Below, piece by piece: positions 10,408 through 21,046 of a DNA stretch of 64,000 bases; within the stretch, counting starts at the first letter, position 1; every line of letters starts with the position of its first letter. Source of the DNA: Eledone cirrhosa (lineage: Eukaryota); contig OZ024741.1 in assembly GCA_964016885.1 (NCBI GenBank), positions 36,022,001 through 36,086,000 on the forward strand. The letters are read 5' to 3'. The notes beneath the pieces were generated by a model. The model was not told where the DNA came from. It saw nothing but the letters and a program-made list of their open reading frames with translations, and made no database searches. Made by a program: the position numbers and the translations under genes.

Positions 10408-13252
10408 TCATCATCATCATCATCATCAGCGTTTAACGTCCGTGTTCCACGCTTGCATGGGTTTGGACGGGGGTAGTCCCACTTGAGGCAAGAGTGATTG
10501 TCTTGCTCGCATAGGACTGTCTGGCAGGTTTTCTACAGTTGGATGCCCTTCCTAACACCAACCACATTTACAGTGTGGGTCTGGGAGGTTTTTACCGTGT
10601 TGCCTACACGGCCACATTACAGCGTGGACTGTGTGTTTTTTTGTCGTGACACCTACACGATCTCATTTGTTTCGGCCTCGATGGCGCGGCACCAACATAA
10701 CTTTACATAGAACGGGGTGGTGTGGATCGGGTGGGGGTGGTGGGACGGGGTGTATTTGTTAGAGATGCCTACTGGCTGGAGTAGGTTTTACTATATATTT
10801 AGGTAAGGCGGGTCTTCTCTGTTACTGAGTACCGCCAAAGGTCTCGGTCCAGTGACATTGTCTTGGAGAGGTGTAAGTGTGTGATGTCGGAGTTTATCAG
10901 CTCGTCCCAGGTTTTTCTAGGTCTGCCTATTCCGTGACTACCGTCTATCTTTATTGCCCTGCACTTTGTTATACAGCTATCGACTTTCATGCGCATCACG
11001 TGTCCATACCAACGTAGCCTTCTCTCGAGTAAACAACATCTGATCCCTCTTATCTCTAATTTATTCCTTAGTTCGTTTATGCTTTGCCGTTCACGTATAT
11101 TACTGTTACACATCCAGCGGAGCATGCAAGCTTCGTTCCTCTCTAGTCTGCGTATATCCTCTGCACACAATGCCCAGGTCTCACTGCCATGCAGCATTGC
11201 TGTTCGTATGCAGGCATCGTACAACCTGCCTTTCATTTTTAGTGAGAACCCTTTAGCAGCTAATAGTGGTATAAGCTCTCTGAACTTTTTCCAACCAGTT
11301 CTGACTCTAGCTACAGTACTTTCAGAGCACCCTCCCCCACTGCTGATTTTATCGCCCAGGTAACGGAAGCTGTCCACTATTTCTATAGAACCCTCTGCGC
11401 AATTGAAAGAGCTAGTAGTTTGTGGGCACTTGCTGCTACTTATTGCACCAGAGCACCGGCCACATGTAAAATCTATGTTCTTAGTTAGCCTACCTGTGAT
11501 CCCACTACATCTTTTATGCACCCATACTTTGCATTTAGGACATAAAATGGAGTTTCTACCTACGCCTTTCCTACACACCGAGCACGACCATTTCCCAGAA
11601 GGGACCGCCGCCTTGTTTTCTTTCCTACAAACTAGTACTTTGGTCTTAGCCAGGTTAATTTTAAGTCCTTTTGACTCTAGGCCGTGCTTCCATGTTTGGA
11701 ATTTCTTCTCTAGCTCGGCCATTGATTCCGCTATGAGTGTCAGGTCGTCTGCGTATAGGAGTTCCCATGGGCAGCCTGTCTTGAACTCCTCTGTTATGGC
11801 CTGAAGGGCAATAATAAATAGTAGTGGACTGAGAACAGAGCCCTGATGGACGCCGACTTTTACGCTAAACTCTTCACTATATTCGTTGTTAATTCTAACC
11901 TTGCTGACTGTTTCTTTATACATGGCTTGTATAGCCCTCACAAGCCATTCGTCAACGCCTAGTTTTCTAAGAGCCCACCAGATAATGGAGCGGGGGACTC
12001 TGTCGAAGGCTTTCTCCAAGTCGACAAAAGCTAAGTAGAGGGGTTTACCTTTAGCTAGGTACTTCTCTTGTAGTTGTCGTACTATGAAAAGAGCGTCTGT
12101 GGTACTTTTGCCTGACACAAACCCGAACTGCATTTCATCTAGGTCAATTCTCTCTCTGATTAGTTGCGCTATTACTCTTTCCGTGACCTTCATGACCTGG
12201 TCGATTAATTTAATGCCTCTATAGTTACTCCTATCTAGGGCGTCTCCTTTACCCTTATAACAGTTAACGATGATGCTGCTATGCCAGTCCTTCGGAACAA
12301 CCCCGTTTTGTACGACTTGGTTAACTATGCGGGTGACCATGGTGTGTCCCACCGTGCCAGATGCCTTCAGCATCTCAGCAACTATTTCCGAAGGCCCAGC
12401 CGCCTTACCAGTCTTCATATCCTTGATTGCCTTACTTATTATACTCCCCTCGACTAACACTGCTGGTCCCTCTATTGGGTCGATATGGGGGAGACTGCCT
12501 TTCTCCCAATTATTCTCCTCATTTAGAAGCCTTTCATAGTGACACTTCCAAGCTACCTTCTTATCAGCGTCGGTGATGGCAAGTGTGCCATCGTCGTTTA
12601 GTACACACTTCTCCCCGACAATATCACGGTTTTCCTTGACGCATTGCCTAGCAATCCTGAACACCTCACGTTTTTGGTCATCGCGTTGTAGAACATGCTT
12701 GAACTTTCTTTCCTCAGCTACCCTTCTTGCTAAGTACACTTGTCTCCTAGCTTCCCTCCTGGCCACTTGATAGTCCTCTCTACTTCCCCCATCCCGCCAT
12801 ACTTTCCAAGCCTGCTTTTTGGCCTTAATTGACCCCTCCACCTTACTGTTCCACCACCATGTTACTCTCCTCCTGCCTACAGGCCTGCTCCAGCCACAGA
12901 CCTCGTCTGTCGCCAACAGCAGGTTTGCTTTCAGAAATTCCCACTCTCCCTCTATATTGTCCGACTCTAAATGTTCTTCCTTACTGTCGAAAGCATCAAG
13001 TAATATGCTTTGAAATTTATTCCTGGCTGTGGGGTCCTTTAACTTCCATATTTTCCTCCTGAGGATAGTCCTCTTCTGTTGTCGAGTACGTCTCGTCCTG
13101 ACTATGAGGTCGCTAATTATCAGTCTATGTTGGGAGGTGCATTCTTCATGGGGGAGGGATTTAGTGTTAACAACAGACACTCTGTCACGTCTTCTGGTAA
13201 GGATATAATCTACCTGGCTTGTGTGTTCCCCGGATCTATAGGTGATCAGGTG
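10408..13252 (-). mobile_element. 5'-truncated RTE-type LINE inserted in a (TA)n tract
   Basis: Open ORF, then a ~390-bp 3' UTR ending GGACGTTAAACGCTGATGATGATG. (TA)n lies on both sides. Confidence 0.85.
10799..13252 (-). CDS. Uninterrupted but N-terminally truncated LINE ORF: end of AP endonuclease, RT, PHD-like Cys/His insert
   Basis: Motifs QVDYIL..SQHRL, NYRGIKL, FVDLEKAFD, GVHQGSVLSP, LLYADD, CxxC..CxxC..HxxC..CxxC, FRYLG. The first ~34 aa of the listed ORF are translated microsatellite, so there is no true start. Confidence 0.8.
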   Translation of the reverse strand, partial: HLITYRSGEHTSQVDYILTRRRDRVSVVNTKSLPHEECTSQHRLIISDLIVRTRRTRQQKRTILRRKIWKLKDPTARNKFQSILLDAFDSKEEHLESDNIEGEWEFLKANLLLATDEVCGWSRPVGRRRVTWWWNSKVEGSIKAKKQAWKVWRDGGSREDYQVARREARRQVYLARRVAEERKFKHVLQRDDQKREVFRIARQCVKENRDIVGEKCVLNDDGTLAITDADKKVAWKCHYERLLNEENNWEKGSLPHIDPIEGPAVLVEGSIISKAIKDMKTGKAAGPSEIVAEMLKASGTVGHTMVTRIVNQVVQNGVVPKDWHSSIIVNCYKGKGDALDRSNYRGIKLIDQVMKVTERVIAQLIRERIDLDEMQFGFVSGKSTTDALFIVRQLQEKYLAKGKPLYLAFVDLEKAFDRVPRSIIWWALRKLGVDEWLVRAIQAMYKETVSKVRINNEYSEEFSVKVGVHQGSVLSPLLFIIALQAITEEFKTGCPWELLYADDLTLIAESMAELEKKFQTWKHGLESKGLKINLAKTKVLVCRKENKAAVPSGKWSCSVCRKGVGRNSILCPKCKVWVHKRCSGITGRLTKNIDFTCGRCSGAISSSKCPQTTSSFNCAEGSIEIVDSFRYLGDKISSGGGCSESTVARVRTGWKKFRELIPLLAAKGFSLKMKGRLYDACIRTAMLHGSETWALCAEDIRRLERNEACMLRWMCNSNIRERQSINELRNKLEIRGIRCCLLERRLRWYGHVMRMKVDSCITKCRAIKIDGSHGIGRPRKTWDELINSDITHLHLSKTMSLDRDLWRYSVTEKTRLT

Positions 13253-13765
13253 ATATATATATATATATACACATATATATATATATACACATATATATAT
13301 ATATATATACACACACACATATATAGGGTGTCCCAAAAAAATATATACATACATACATACATATATACATGATGGTTATCTGCTCTTTGCAATTGTTCTT
13401 TTTTTTATTAAGCATGAGATGTTAAATGACTTTTGAGTCCTGAAAGCCATTTGAAGAATTGACCAGAAATACTGTAACAATGTGTCATATCAGGATTGGC
13501 TCCATTTTCTATTGGTTTATTGAGGATATTCAAGAGTTACTTCAATCCTCCACATGGCTTGCAGGTTTTAAAACTGGTCATCTGGCATGATATTCTCATA
13601 ATCTACATGTGTCTTACCTGTATGGGCATGCTGGTGTGATTTCAGACCAACATAAATTAGGGATACTTTTTTGCATAAGGAACATTTATAGAAAGAATGA
13701 GAATCCATCCCAATGCTATTGCTATTAATCTCATTTTTATGTACTTTTTATTTCAACATTCTTAA

Positions 13766-13974
13766 CCCTTTAGTATTTACATTACTCTATATTTACTATT
13801 ATATTTTCACGGTAAACACTTTATTTCACATACTTATCTCACATAATATCGAATCTACAAGATTTTGATATTATTTATTTTGAGAACAATACCATTACAT
13901 CAGTATGGGCAGCCAATTATGACCAGTTTGAACAGAAATAGTTGAGAGAATTCTGGCCAGATATGGCTAAAGGG
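13766..13974. mobile_element. piggyBac-type MITE
   Basis: TTAA|CCCTTTAG ... CTAAAGGG|TTAA: 8-bp TIRs and a TTAA TSD. Confidence 0.75.
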
Positions 13975-14148
13975 TTAACTTTATCAAACTCAAAATCTTT
14001 AACACTGCCCCACATTGTAACTTGCCATGCTTCCCTATCTGCTGCAAGTGATTCAAGACTTTTGTAACTTACTTTATGATATTTCAAATTTAATTTTACA
14101 GAGTCTTTGTATAGTTTCTTTGACTTACTATTTTTTTTTCTTTCTCAG

Positions 14149-14208
14149 CATGAACTCACCATGAAACAATTGCTTGGGGATGCAGTCATCATCCATGAGT
14201 ATGAAATG
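14149..14208 (+). CDS. Candidate 60-nt host exon (HELTMKQLLGDAVIIHEYEM); gene unidentified
   Basis: Strong acceptor TTTTTTTTTCTTTCTCAG, open phase-0 frame, GT donor (GTTTGT), in non-repetitive sequence. Confidence 0.4.
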
Positions 14209-14227
14209 GTTTGTCCATCGTAGTTAA

Positions 14228-14713
14228 TCTATATACATAAATGGCAATTTCTGTCTGTTTGTTTGTGAACCTAAAACTCAAAAGCTACCAAACCGATCTT
14301 GATGACACGTGTGTAGGGCTCATGCCCATTTGATTTCTTACGTATATTTCATTTTAATCAAAGGGTTCCCCTGGGGCTCAAATCCCCGCTGAAAATTTTT
14401 CCCTTCGATTTATATGAAATCTAAACCATAGGTAAATGACAAGATATGATGCCTATCCACAAAAGTTTTGAATTGATATTTTGAAAAAAATTATTTACAA
14501 GAAACAAAATAAGAATAAGATTTAATAATGTAATTTTGATTTGATATATTACAAAAAATAATGTTTTCCAATTTTTCATGCATTACATTTTACATTGAGT
14601 AATATTGAAATGCAGAGTTTTTCTCCATAAATTATATCACTGATTTAAAATCAATCATCATTTTCTTACAAAAAAATGTGTGAAACGCAGCAAGGTGTGG
14701 GTAATTCGGCTAG
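14228..14713 (+). mobile_element. Non-autonomous Helitron-like element
   Basis: Starts A|TCTATATACATAAA followed by a (TCTG/TTTG) tract. Ends in an imperfect subterminal hairpin and CTAG|T. No TSD. Confidence 0.65.
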
Positions 14714-14930
14714 TTCCTAATAAGCAAGACGTGGATTGATGTGATCCTAACTTCAGCGAGAACCTCAGTGTCAGTAAAAAGTGAGGATCAGCTTATTCAA
14801 GAAGGCACTGTATTTTGGGGTGAAATATATACATACATACACACACAGACATGCATACATACTTACATACATACATACATACACACACATATACCCACAT
14901 ACATACATACATACCTACATATACACATAC

Positions 14931-15096
14931 ATGGTGGCTGCCCCCTTGTTATCTAGTGTGGCCATTGCACGATATACCATTATTAGTAATTATTAATTAA
15001 TTCCGTTGTCCAATGCCTGTGTGCAAAGATTTTTTTAAAGTGAAGAAAGACTGTGCACTGATCCAATCCCACTCTTTGAGCAACAGTAACTATAAC
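14931..15096 (-). mobile_element. 5'-truncated bipartite RTE derivative, closely related to the LINE at 4755-9050
   Basis: 14931-14972 matches 4759-4798, and 14979-15096 matches 8796-8909; no ORF lies between them. Confidence 0.75.
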
Positions 15097-15239
15097 ATAC
15101 ATACATACGTACATACATACATGCATACACACACACATACATGCATACATACATACACACATACATACATACACGTGTGTGTGTGTGTGTGTGTGTGTCT
15201 GAATGTGTGTTTGTAGATATGACATATATTGATTATTTT

Positions 15240-15500
15240 TAATATTTATAAAAATGTTATTTTCTTCTCTTAACTCAGTATTTCATTGATCCTCTACCAG
15301 TGGATTACGAGATATCAAGCTGTCTCCTATAGCCTTGGGTATCTAGCACCTTTTGTATAGTTCTTGCTGTGCCAAGCAAACAAGCCTTCTCAAGAATCAA
15401 GGAATTTCCTTCTATATCCAAAGTCTTTAATCAACCAATTAAACTTCTAGCCACTTTCCCTAAGGCACCTAAGACAACTGGGATGATAGCAACTGTGGCA
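15240..15500 (-). mobile_element. 3' fragment of an RLE-type (R4/Dong-like) LINE
   Basis: The minus strand translates IIPVVLGALG...LEKACLLGTARTIQKVLD, the typical RLE C-terminus (compare 2932-3105). Confidence 0.7.
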
Positions 15501-15525
15501 ATAATAATAATAATAATAATAATAA

Positions 15526-16411
15526 TGCTTTCTTTATTAACCACAAAGGTTTACACAAAGTAGGCATTAAGGACAGTACAGGACAATACAGGGTGGTACA
15601 AAAGGGCATTTCTGTGTGTAAAAAAACAAAAAACAGAGGATGTAATAAAAAAAGAACAATGAAAAATTCCTCAATAGGGGGGAGACTTCCAAGGGCCACC
15701 GTGGAGAAAGCCCATTAAAAAAAGCCACGGTGACCCTGACCACCAGAGCAAGTGCCCTCTCCCAGTTTTCCACCTTCAATTTATAGACACATACTCAGAG
15801 TAGGCCCATTCACTCGGGCCATTCTTGCCTCTCTCTTCCATCTTTCAACAAAATGCTGGGAAGAGAGCACTTCCCTCTCTACCCTGATTTTCCTTTTCAA
15901 ATGAAATTTGAAAAAGTTAATCAGGGCATCACCAAAGAGGTAAGTACTCATCTTCAGCCCTTTCAGATGCATCCACCATACTATCTCTTTCGCCATGGCC
16001 ACCAGACAGATAAAAACTGCCTGCCCTTTCCAGTTAAAGGAAGAGGGTGGGGCAATCCTCACGATGGACTCAGCTGATAGCCGGATCCGTTCTACACGCG
16101 ACAGCAGGTGTTCGACATAAACCCACAAGTCAGCAATGCTCGGACACTGGACGAGTGCATGCAGGACGGTTTCGTTGCCCTGCGCATATCTCAGTCATGC
16201 CTGGCTGACAGCACTTCCGTGCCTGTAGAGTTTATCCCGAACTGGCAAAGCTCCTCGGTAGCACTGCCAGGCCAGGGATTTCTGGAAATTGTCCATAGGC
16301 CCCAGCCCGAAAGTTCTTCTGAAGAGATTGGCTAGTTGATTTTCGTTGACGCCTAGAGTTTCCCCAAGTACGTCTTCACTCTTCTCCTCCACTAATCCTC
16401 TATAGAACGCC
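15526..16411 (-). mobile_element. 3' fragment of an L1/Tx1-like LINE in an (AAT)n tract
   Basis: zf-RVT-like segment AWQCYRGALPVRDKL...ETVLHALVQC..LW. AATAAA precedes the (ATT)n tail. (AAT)n lies on both flanks. Confidence 0.7.
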
Positions 16412-16704
16412 AATAATAATAATAATAATAAGAAGAAGAAGAATTATGTTTAGATTTTACTTTGTGTTTGTACGAGCTGACTCCAAGTTTCACCCAAAGA
16501 CCTCAAAAGACAGCAAGTTATAAGTTCAAGTGGGCATTATGAGTAGAATGGTTGATAACTGCCATGTTGTGTAGGGCTGGGAAGAATGTAGTTCAGTGAT
16601 AAGGATTTGTGTTTCGATCGTGTGTCTTGGACTCGTAAAAAATATTGTTCTCGAAAATGTCTGTCAAAAGTAAATTAAAAGTAGTTGTTTGGTGCTAAAA
16701 TAAC

Positions 16705-16925
16705 CACGCTGTAAAGTGGTCGTGTAGGCAACACAGCAAAAAGCACCCAGCACACACTGTAAATGTGGTTGGCGTTAGGAAGGGCATCCAGCCATAGAAA
16801 CCAAGCCAATTTCAGTTCTGTGTGAGCAAATCACAGTCCTATGATCTGATCTCTCACAAAGGGACAGCCCATCCTACCCATGCTAGTGTGGAAGATGGAT
16901 GTTAAACGATGAGGATGATGATGTT
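16705..16925 (+). mobile_element. 3' part of SINE/LINE tail (family of 3528-3859 and 10408-10660)
   Basis: AAAAAGCACCCAGCAC..GTTAGGAAGGGCATCCAGCC..GGATGTTAAACGATGAGGATGATG. Confidence 0.75.
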
Positions 16926-17297
16926 GAGGCCCTGTACTAGTTAAGTTATGAGGCCCCTTACTCATAAAAAAGTTTTTTGACAGGAAGATGGGCTCCCCTG
17001 GCCAAGGGGACCCTGTGTTCAAGCACACCTAAGCACAATGATAAATCTGGCAATGAGGGTGACACAGTATGCAATAAGGATGGACCTTTGAATAACAGTT
17101 ATAGATAATCCATCTAACAGTTTATATCTACCCCATTCACAAGGCATGGTTCAGTTTAAGGAAATGGTAAAGATGCTTACCTTAGATACCACACAGTCGG
17201 ATTGAACTGGTGACCTTAGAATTCAGAAACAAACTTTTAAACAAATGAGTTCGGCTTGTATCCATGTTAATACCATATATTATATTCTTTTATTCTT

Positions 17298-17511
17298 TGG
17301 TGGATTGGCAGTATCGGTAGAGCATTAGACACCCTGCTTCATGGCATAGAGTTACAGTCCTTTATGTTCTGAGTTCAAATCCCGATGAGGTAAGCTTTGC
17401 CTTTCATCCTTACGGGGTCGATAAAATAAAGTACCAGTCATGCACTGGGGTCGATTCAAATGACTTTCCCCTTCCCTTCAAATTGCTGGCCTTGTGCCTA
17501 AATCAGAAACC
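17298..17511 (+). mobile_element. tRNA-derived SINE with Nin/Deu-like domain
   Basis: A-box TGGCAGTATCGG, B-box GAGTTCAAATCC, and CTTTGCCTTTCATCCTTACGGGGTCGATAAAATAAAGTACCAG. Confidence 0.7.
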
Positions 17512-17549
17512 ATTCTTTTATTTATTTTTTTATTAGATTCATTCATTCA

Positions 17550-17814
17550 ACTACAGCCTTACTTATTTTTTCAAGTCTGGTACTTATTTTATCCATCTCC
17601 TTTTGTCAAACTGCTAAGTTTCAAGGCACAAACAAATAGTAGATAGACAATGGGTTTCCACAGTTTCTGTCTACTAAATTTCACTCACAAGGTATTGATC
17701 AAACCATGGTTTTAGTAGCAGACAGTTTCCCAAGGTTCCATGCAGTGGAACTGAAGCCAAAACAATGTGGCTTTGAAGCAAACTCCTAAACCACACAGCC
17801 ATACCTCTGCACCT
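17550..17814 (-). mobile_element. Degenerate tRNA-derived SINE; a more decayed relative lies at ~17120-17260
   Basis: Reverse complement TGGCTGTGTGGTTTAGGAG...GCTTCAGTTCCACTGCATGGAACCTTGGGAAAC (A/B boxes plus CORE-like start). Confidence 0.6.
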
Positions 17815-18164
17815 ATAACCACACAAACAATAGTTTTCAATGCGCAAGAGCTGCTGGAATGCAACTGTCAAAGAATGAGAAAAGATATAGAAATAACTAT
17901 GGTAAGAAACTAGACGAAAATAATGAAGAATTTGAAGGTCATCTTCAGTTGATTTAACTAACTGCATTAGATATAAGAACTACACAAATATTAGTAGATG
18001 TGTGGAATCTGTATACAAATAAGCCAAGTGTAAAATCACCTTTAAAAGCATAAAAATAGCATAATATTGGCAGAATATAAAATATTATTTTATAAAGGTC
18101 AGTTATTCTTTTTTTTACAATGCATGGTTGGTTACATTAATGGTATAATCTTATAAAAAGAATA

Positions 18165-18340
18165 ATAGTTTCTGATTTAGACACATGGGAGGATAGGAAA
18201 GTCAGTTCTCCAGTACATTGCTGGTATTATATTTTATCAAAATAATGTTGATATCAGTGGAATTTGAACCCAGAATATAGAGGGCCATAACAAAATACTG
18301 CAATGCATTTCATCTGACATGCTAACGATTCTACCAATTC
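18165..18340 (-). mobile_element. Degenerate SINE related to 17298-17511
   Basis: Reverse complement TTGGTAGAATCGTTAGCATG...TTCTGGGTTCAAATTCC...GATAAAATATAATACCAG...TCTAAATCAGAAAC. Confidence 0.55.
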
Positions 18341-18486
18341 ATAACATATATAGAATAATACACCTTACACCTTAATGAAAGTCAAAAAATATCAGTTTGT
18401 TCCAAAATTCATCAAAAGCATATTTATCATTTCCTGTTCAGATGTTATAAAGATTTGTTTAGGCTTTATCAACAGGCTATTACATA

Positions 18487-18681
18487 TACGAGAGTTGACT
18501 GAAACATTCATTAGCTGACTATGAAGGAGTGATACTAGAGCTGTGAAATGTTGCATGCATTAATTTCAACCCTACTCTTCTTATCAATATACTTTTTTTT
18601 CTTTTCATGAACTATGTTGAAAAATAAACCTCATTTGATCATTCCATGAGAGTATTTTGTCAGCCTATGAACTTTTCAGCC
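18487..18681 (+). mobile_element. Internally deleted mariner (MITE-like); right TIR runs into the satellite
   Basis: Left end TA|CGAGAGTTGACTGAAACATTCATTAGCTGAC. Right end GTCAGCCTATGAACTTTTCAGCC (18659-18681) matches the left-end reverse complement at 18/23 positions. A transposase C-terminal remnant YVEK* is at 18613-18627. Confidence 0.8.
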
Positions 18682-20176
18682 TATTAACTCTTCAGGCTAT
18701 TAACTCTTCACCCTAAGAACTCTTCAGCCTATGAACTCTTCTGCTATGGAGTCTTCAGCCTATGAACTCTTCACCCTTACAACTCTTCAGCCTATGTACT
18801 CTTCAGCCTATGAACTCTTCACCCTAAGAACTCTTCAACCTATGGACTCTTCAGCCTATGAACTCTTCACCCTTAGAACTCTTCAGGCTATTAACTCTTC
18901 ACCCTAAGAACTCTTCAGCCTATGAACTATTAACCCTAAGAACTCTTCAGCCTATGGACTCTTCAGCCTATGGACACTTCAGCCTATGAACTCTTCACCC
19001 TAAAAACTCTTCAGACTATGAACTCTTCAGCCTATGAACTCTTCAGCCTATGAATTCTTCACACTAAGACCTCTTCAGCCGATGAACTCTTCAAACTATG
19101 GACTCATCAGCCTATGGACTCTTCACCCTAAGAACTCTTCAGCCTATGGACTCTTCAGCCTATGGACACTTCAGCCTATGAACTCTTCACCCTAAGAACT
19201 CTTCAGCCTATGAACTCTTCAGCCTATGAACTCTTCAGTCTATGAACTCTTTACCATAAGAACTCTTCAGCCTGTGAACTCATCACACTAAGAACTCTTC
19301 AGCCTATGGGCTCTTCACCCTAAGAACTCATCAGCCTATGGACTCTTCAGCCTATGAACTCTTCATTCTATTGACTCTCCAGACTATGGACTCTTCACCC
19401 TAAGAACTCTTCGGCCTATGGAATCTTCACACTAAAATCTGTTCACCCTGAGAACTCTTCAGCCTATGAACTCTACACACTTAGAACTCTTCAGGCTATT
19501 ATCTCTTCACACTACGAACTCCTCAGCCTATGAACTCTTCACCCTACGAACTCTTCAGCCTATCGACTCTTCAGCCTATGGACTCTTCAGCCTATAGACT
19601 ATTCAGCCTATGGAACCTTCAGCCTATGAACTCTTCACACTAAGAAATCTTCAGCCTTTGAACTATTCAGCCTCTGAACTCTTCACCCTAAGAACTCTTC
19701 AGCCTATGGACTCTTCAGACTATGAACTCTTCAGCCTATGGACTCTTCACCCTAAGAACGCTTCAGCCTATGGACTCTTCCGCCTATGAACTCTTCACCA
19801 TTAGAACTCTTCAAGCTATTATCTCTTCACCCCAAGAACTCTTCAGCCTATGAATTATTCACCCTAAGAACTCTTCAGCCTATCGACTCTTCAGGCTATG
19901 GACTCTTCAGCCTATAGACTCTTCAGCCTATGGACATTTCAGCCTATGAACTCTTCATACTAAAATCTCTTCAGCCTATGAACTCTTCACCCTAAGTAAT
20001 ATTCAGCCTATGGACTCTTCAACCTATGGACTCTTCACCCTAAGAACTCTTCAGCCTATGAACTCTTCAGCCTATGGACTCTTCTGCCTATAAACTCTTC
20101 ACCCTAAGAACTCTTCAGCCTATGGACTCTTCACCGTAAGAACACTTCAGGCTATGGACTCTTCAACCTATGAACT
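18659..20176 (+). repeat. 16-bp satellite, edge segment
   Basis: Tandem (A/G)ACTCTTCAGCCTATG and AACTCTTCACCCTAAG monomers. Confidence 0.98.
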
Positions 20177-20542
20177 TGTAGCGGGATTACTGGTTGCATG
20201 AATGTAACAAAACGAGACAATGTTTGTGTATATAATATTTAATTAACGGTAGATAGAATACTTGACATGTCAAAGATAGATGTTAGAATGAAACAAAGTT
20301 AGCAGTTACCGTTTTGATTGCCAGGCAAACGCGGCTGGCAGAGGGCGCCTGGCTAAGGCCAGGCGCCTGTTGGCCAAATTAATGGCAGAGCCAAATGAGA
20401 AGACTCTTGACCTGGTGCCGAAAAGGCAAAGAGAGAGAGGAAGCTCAAAGCCGCCAGTTTTATAGGGCTCTGACCGGAAGTCGCAGAAAGGGCTCCACCT
20501 CCCGTCCAGATCCCAACCAAAACAAGGGAGACAACCGCTACA

Positions 20543-20558
20543 TAACCTCCCGCCAGAA
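20543..20558 (-). promoter_or_regulatory. Polypurine tract
   Basis: TTCTGGCGGGAGGTTA immediately precedes the 3' LTR; it is identical to bases 1-16. Confidence 0.75.
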
Positions 20559-20872
20559 TTTTAGTGTATAAAAATCGAAATGAAAATATGTAGCAAGTTG
20601 GCGAGAATGTTGTAACAGGCATGAAAATTACGACAAAAGAATGTTTGGAAAAATCAATGCTAGATATCAAGGTAGTAAAGTAAGGGAAGGGCTCAAAGTT
20701 CAAATGTACAAAATATAGTTCACTGGTGTGCAATCACATGACCGCAGGAAAGAAAGTGTGTTCCAGAGAATGAATGCAGGTGGTCTCTGTTCTGTGGTAT
20801 ATCGTGAATTTCCAACCTCCGAATGGATTTTCTCACAGGAAGAGTGCTGCAAAAATAAATTCTCTGGCTTTG

Positions 20873-20874
20873 GT

Positions 20875-20906
<32 letters not shown>

Positions 20907-21046
20907 CTGCTGCTGTATTGCTGTTGCTGCTGCTGTTGCTGTTGTTGCTGCTGTAGTTGCTGTTGCTGCTGCTGTATTGCTGTTGCTGCTGTATTGAAGT
21001 TGCTGCTGTATTGCTGTTGCTGCTGCTGTTGTTGCTGCTGCTGTTG
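20873..21046. repeat. (CAG/CAA)n trinucleotide tract inside the LTR element
   Basis: Direct reading (TGC/TGT on the + strand). Confidence 0.95.

Noticed and set aside
5458-13062. Plus-strand ORFs antisense to the two RTE ORFs
   Set aside because: Shadow frames of the LINE coding sequence with no recognisable motifs.
13322-13340. TATAGGGTGTCCCAAAA, resembling a Tc1/mariner TIR tip
   Set aside because: Only ~15 bp inside a microsatellite, with no partner end.
16440-17055. Probable further repeat fragments (LINE 3' UTR-like 16440-16700; MITE end-like 16925-17055)
   Set aside because: No second copy or diagnostic termini within the window to support a call.
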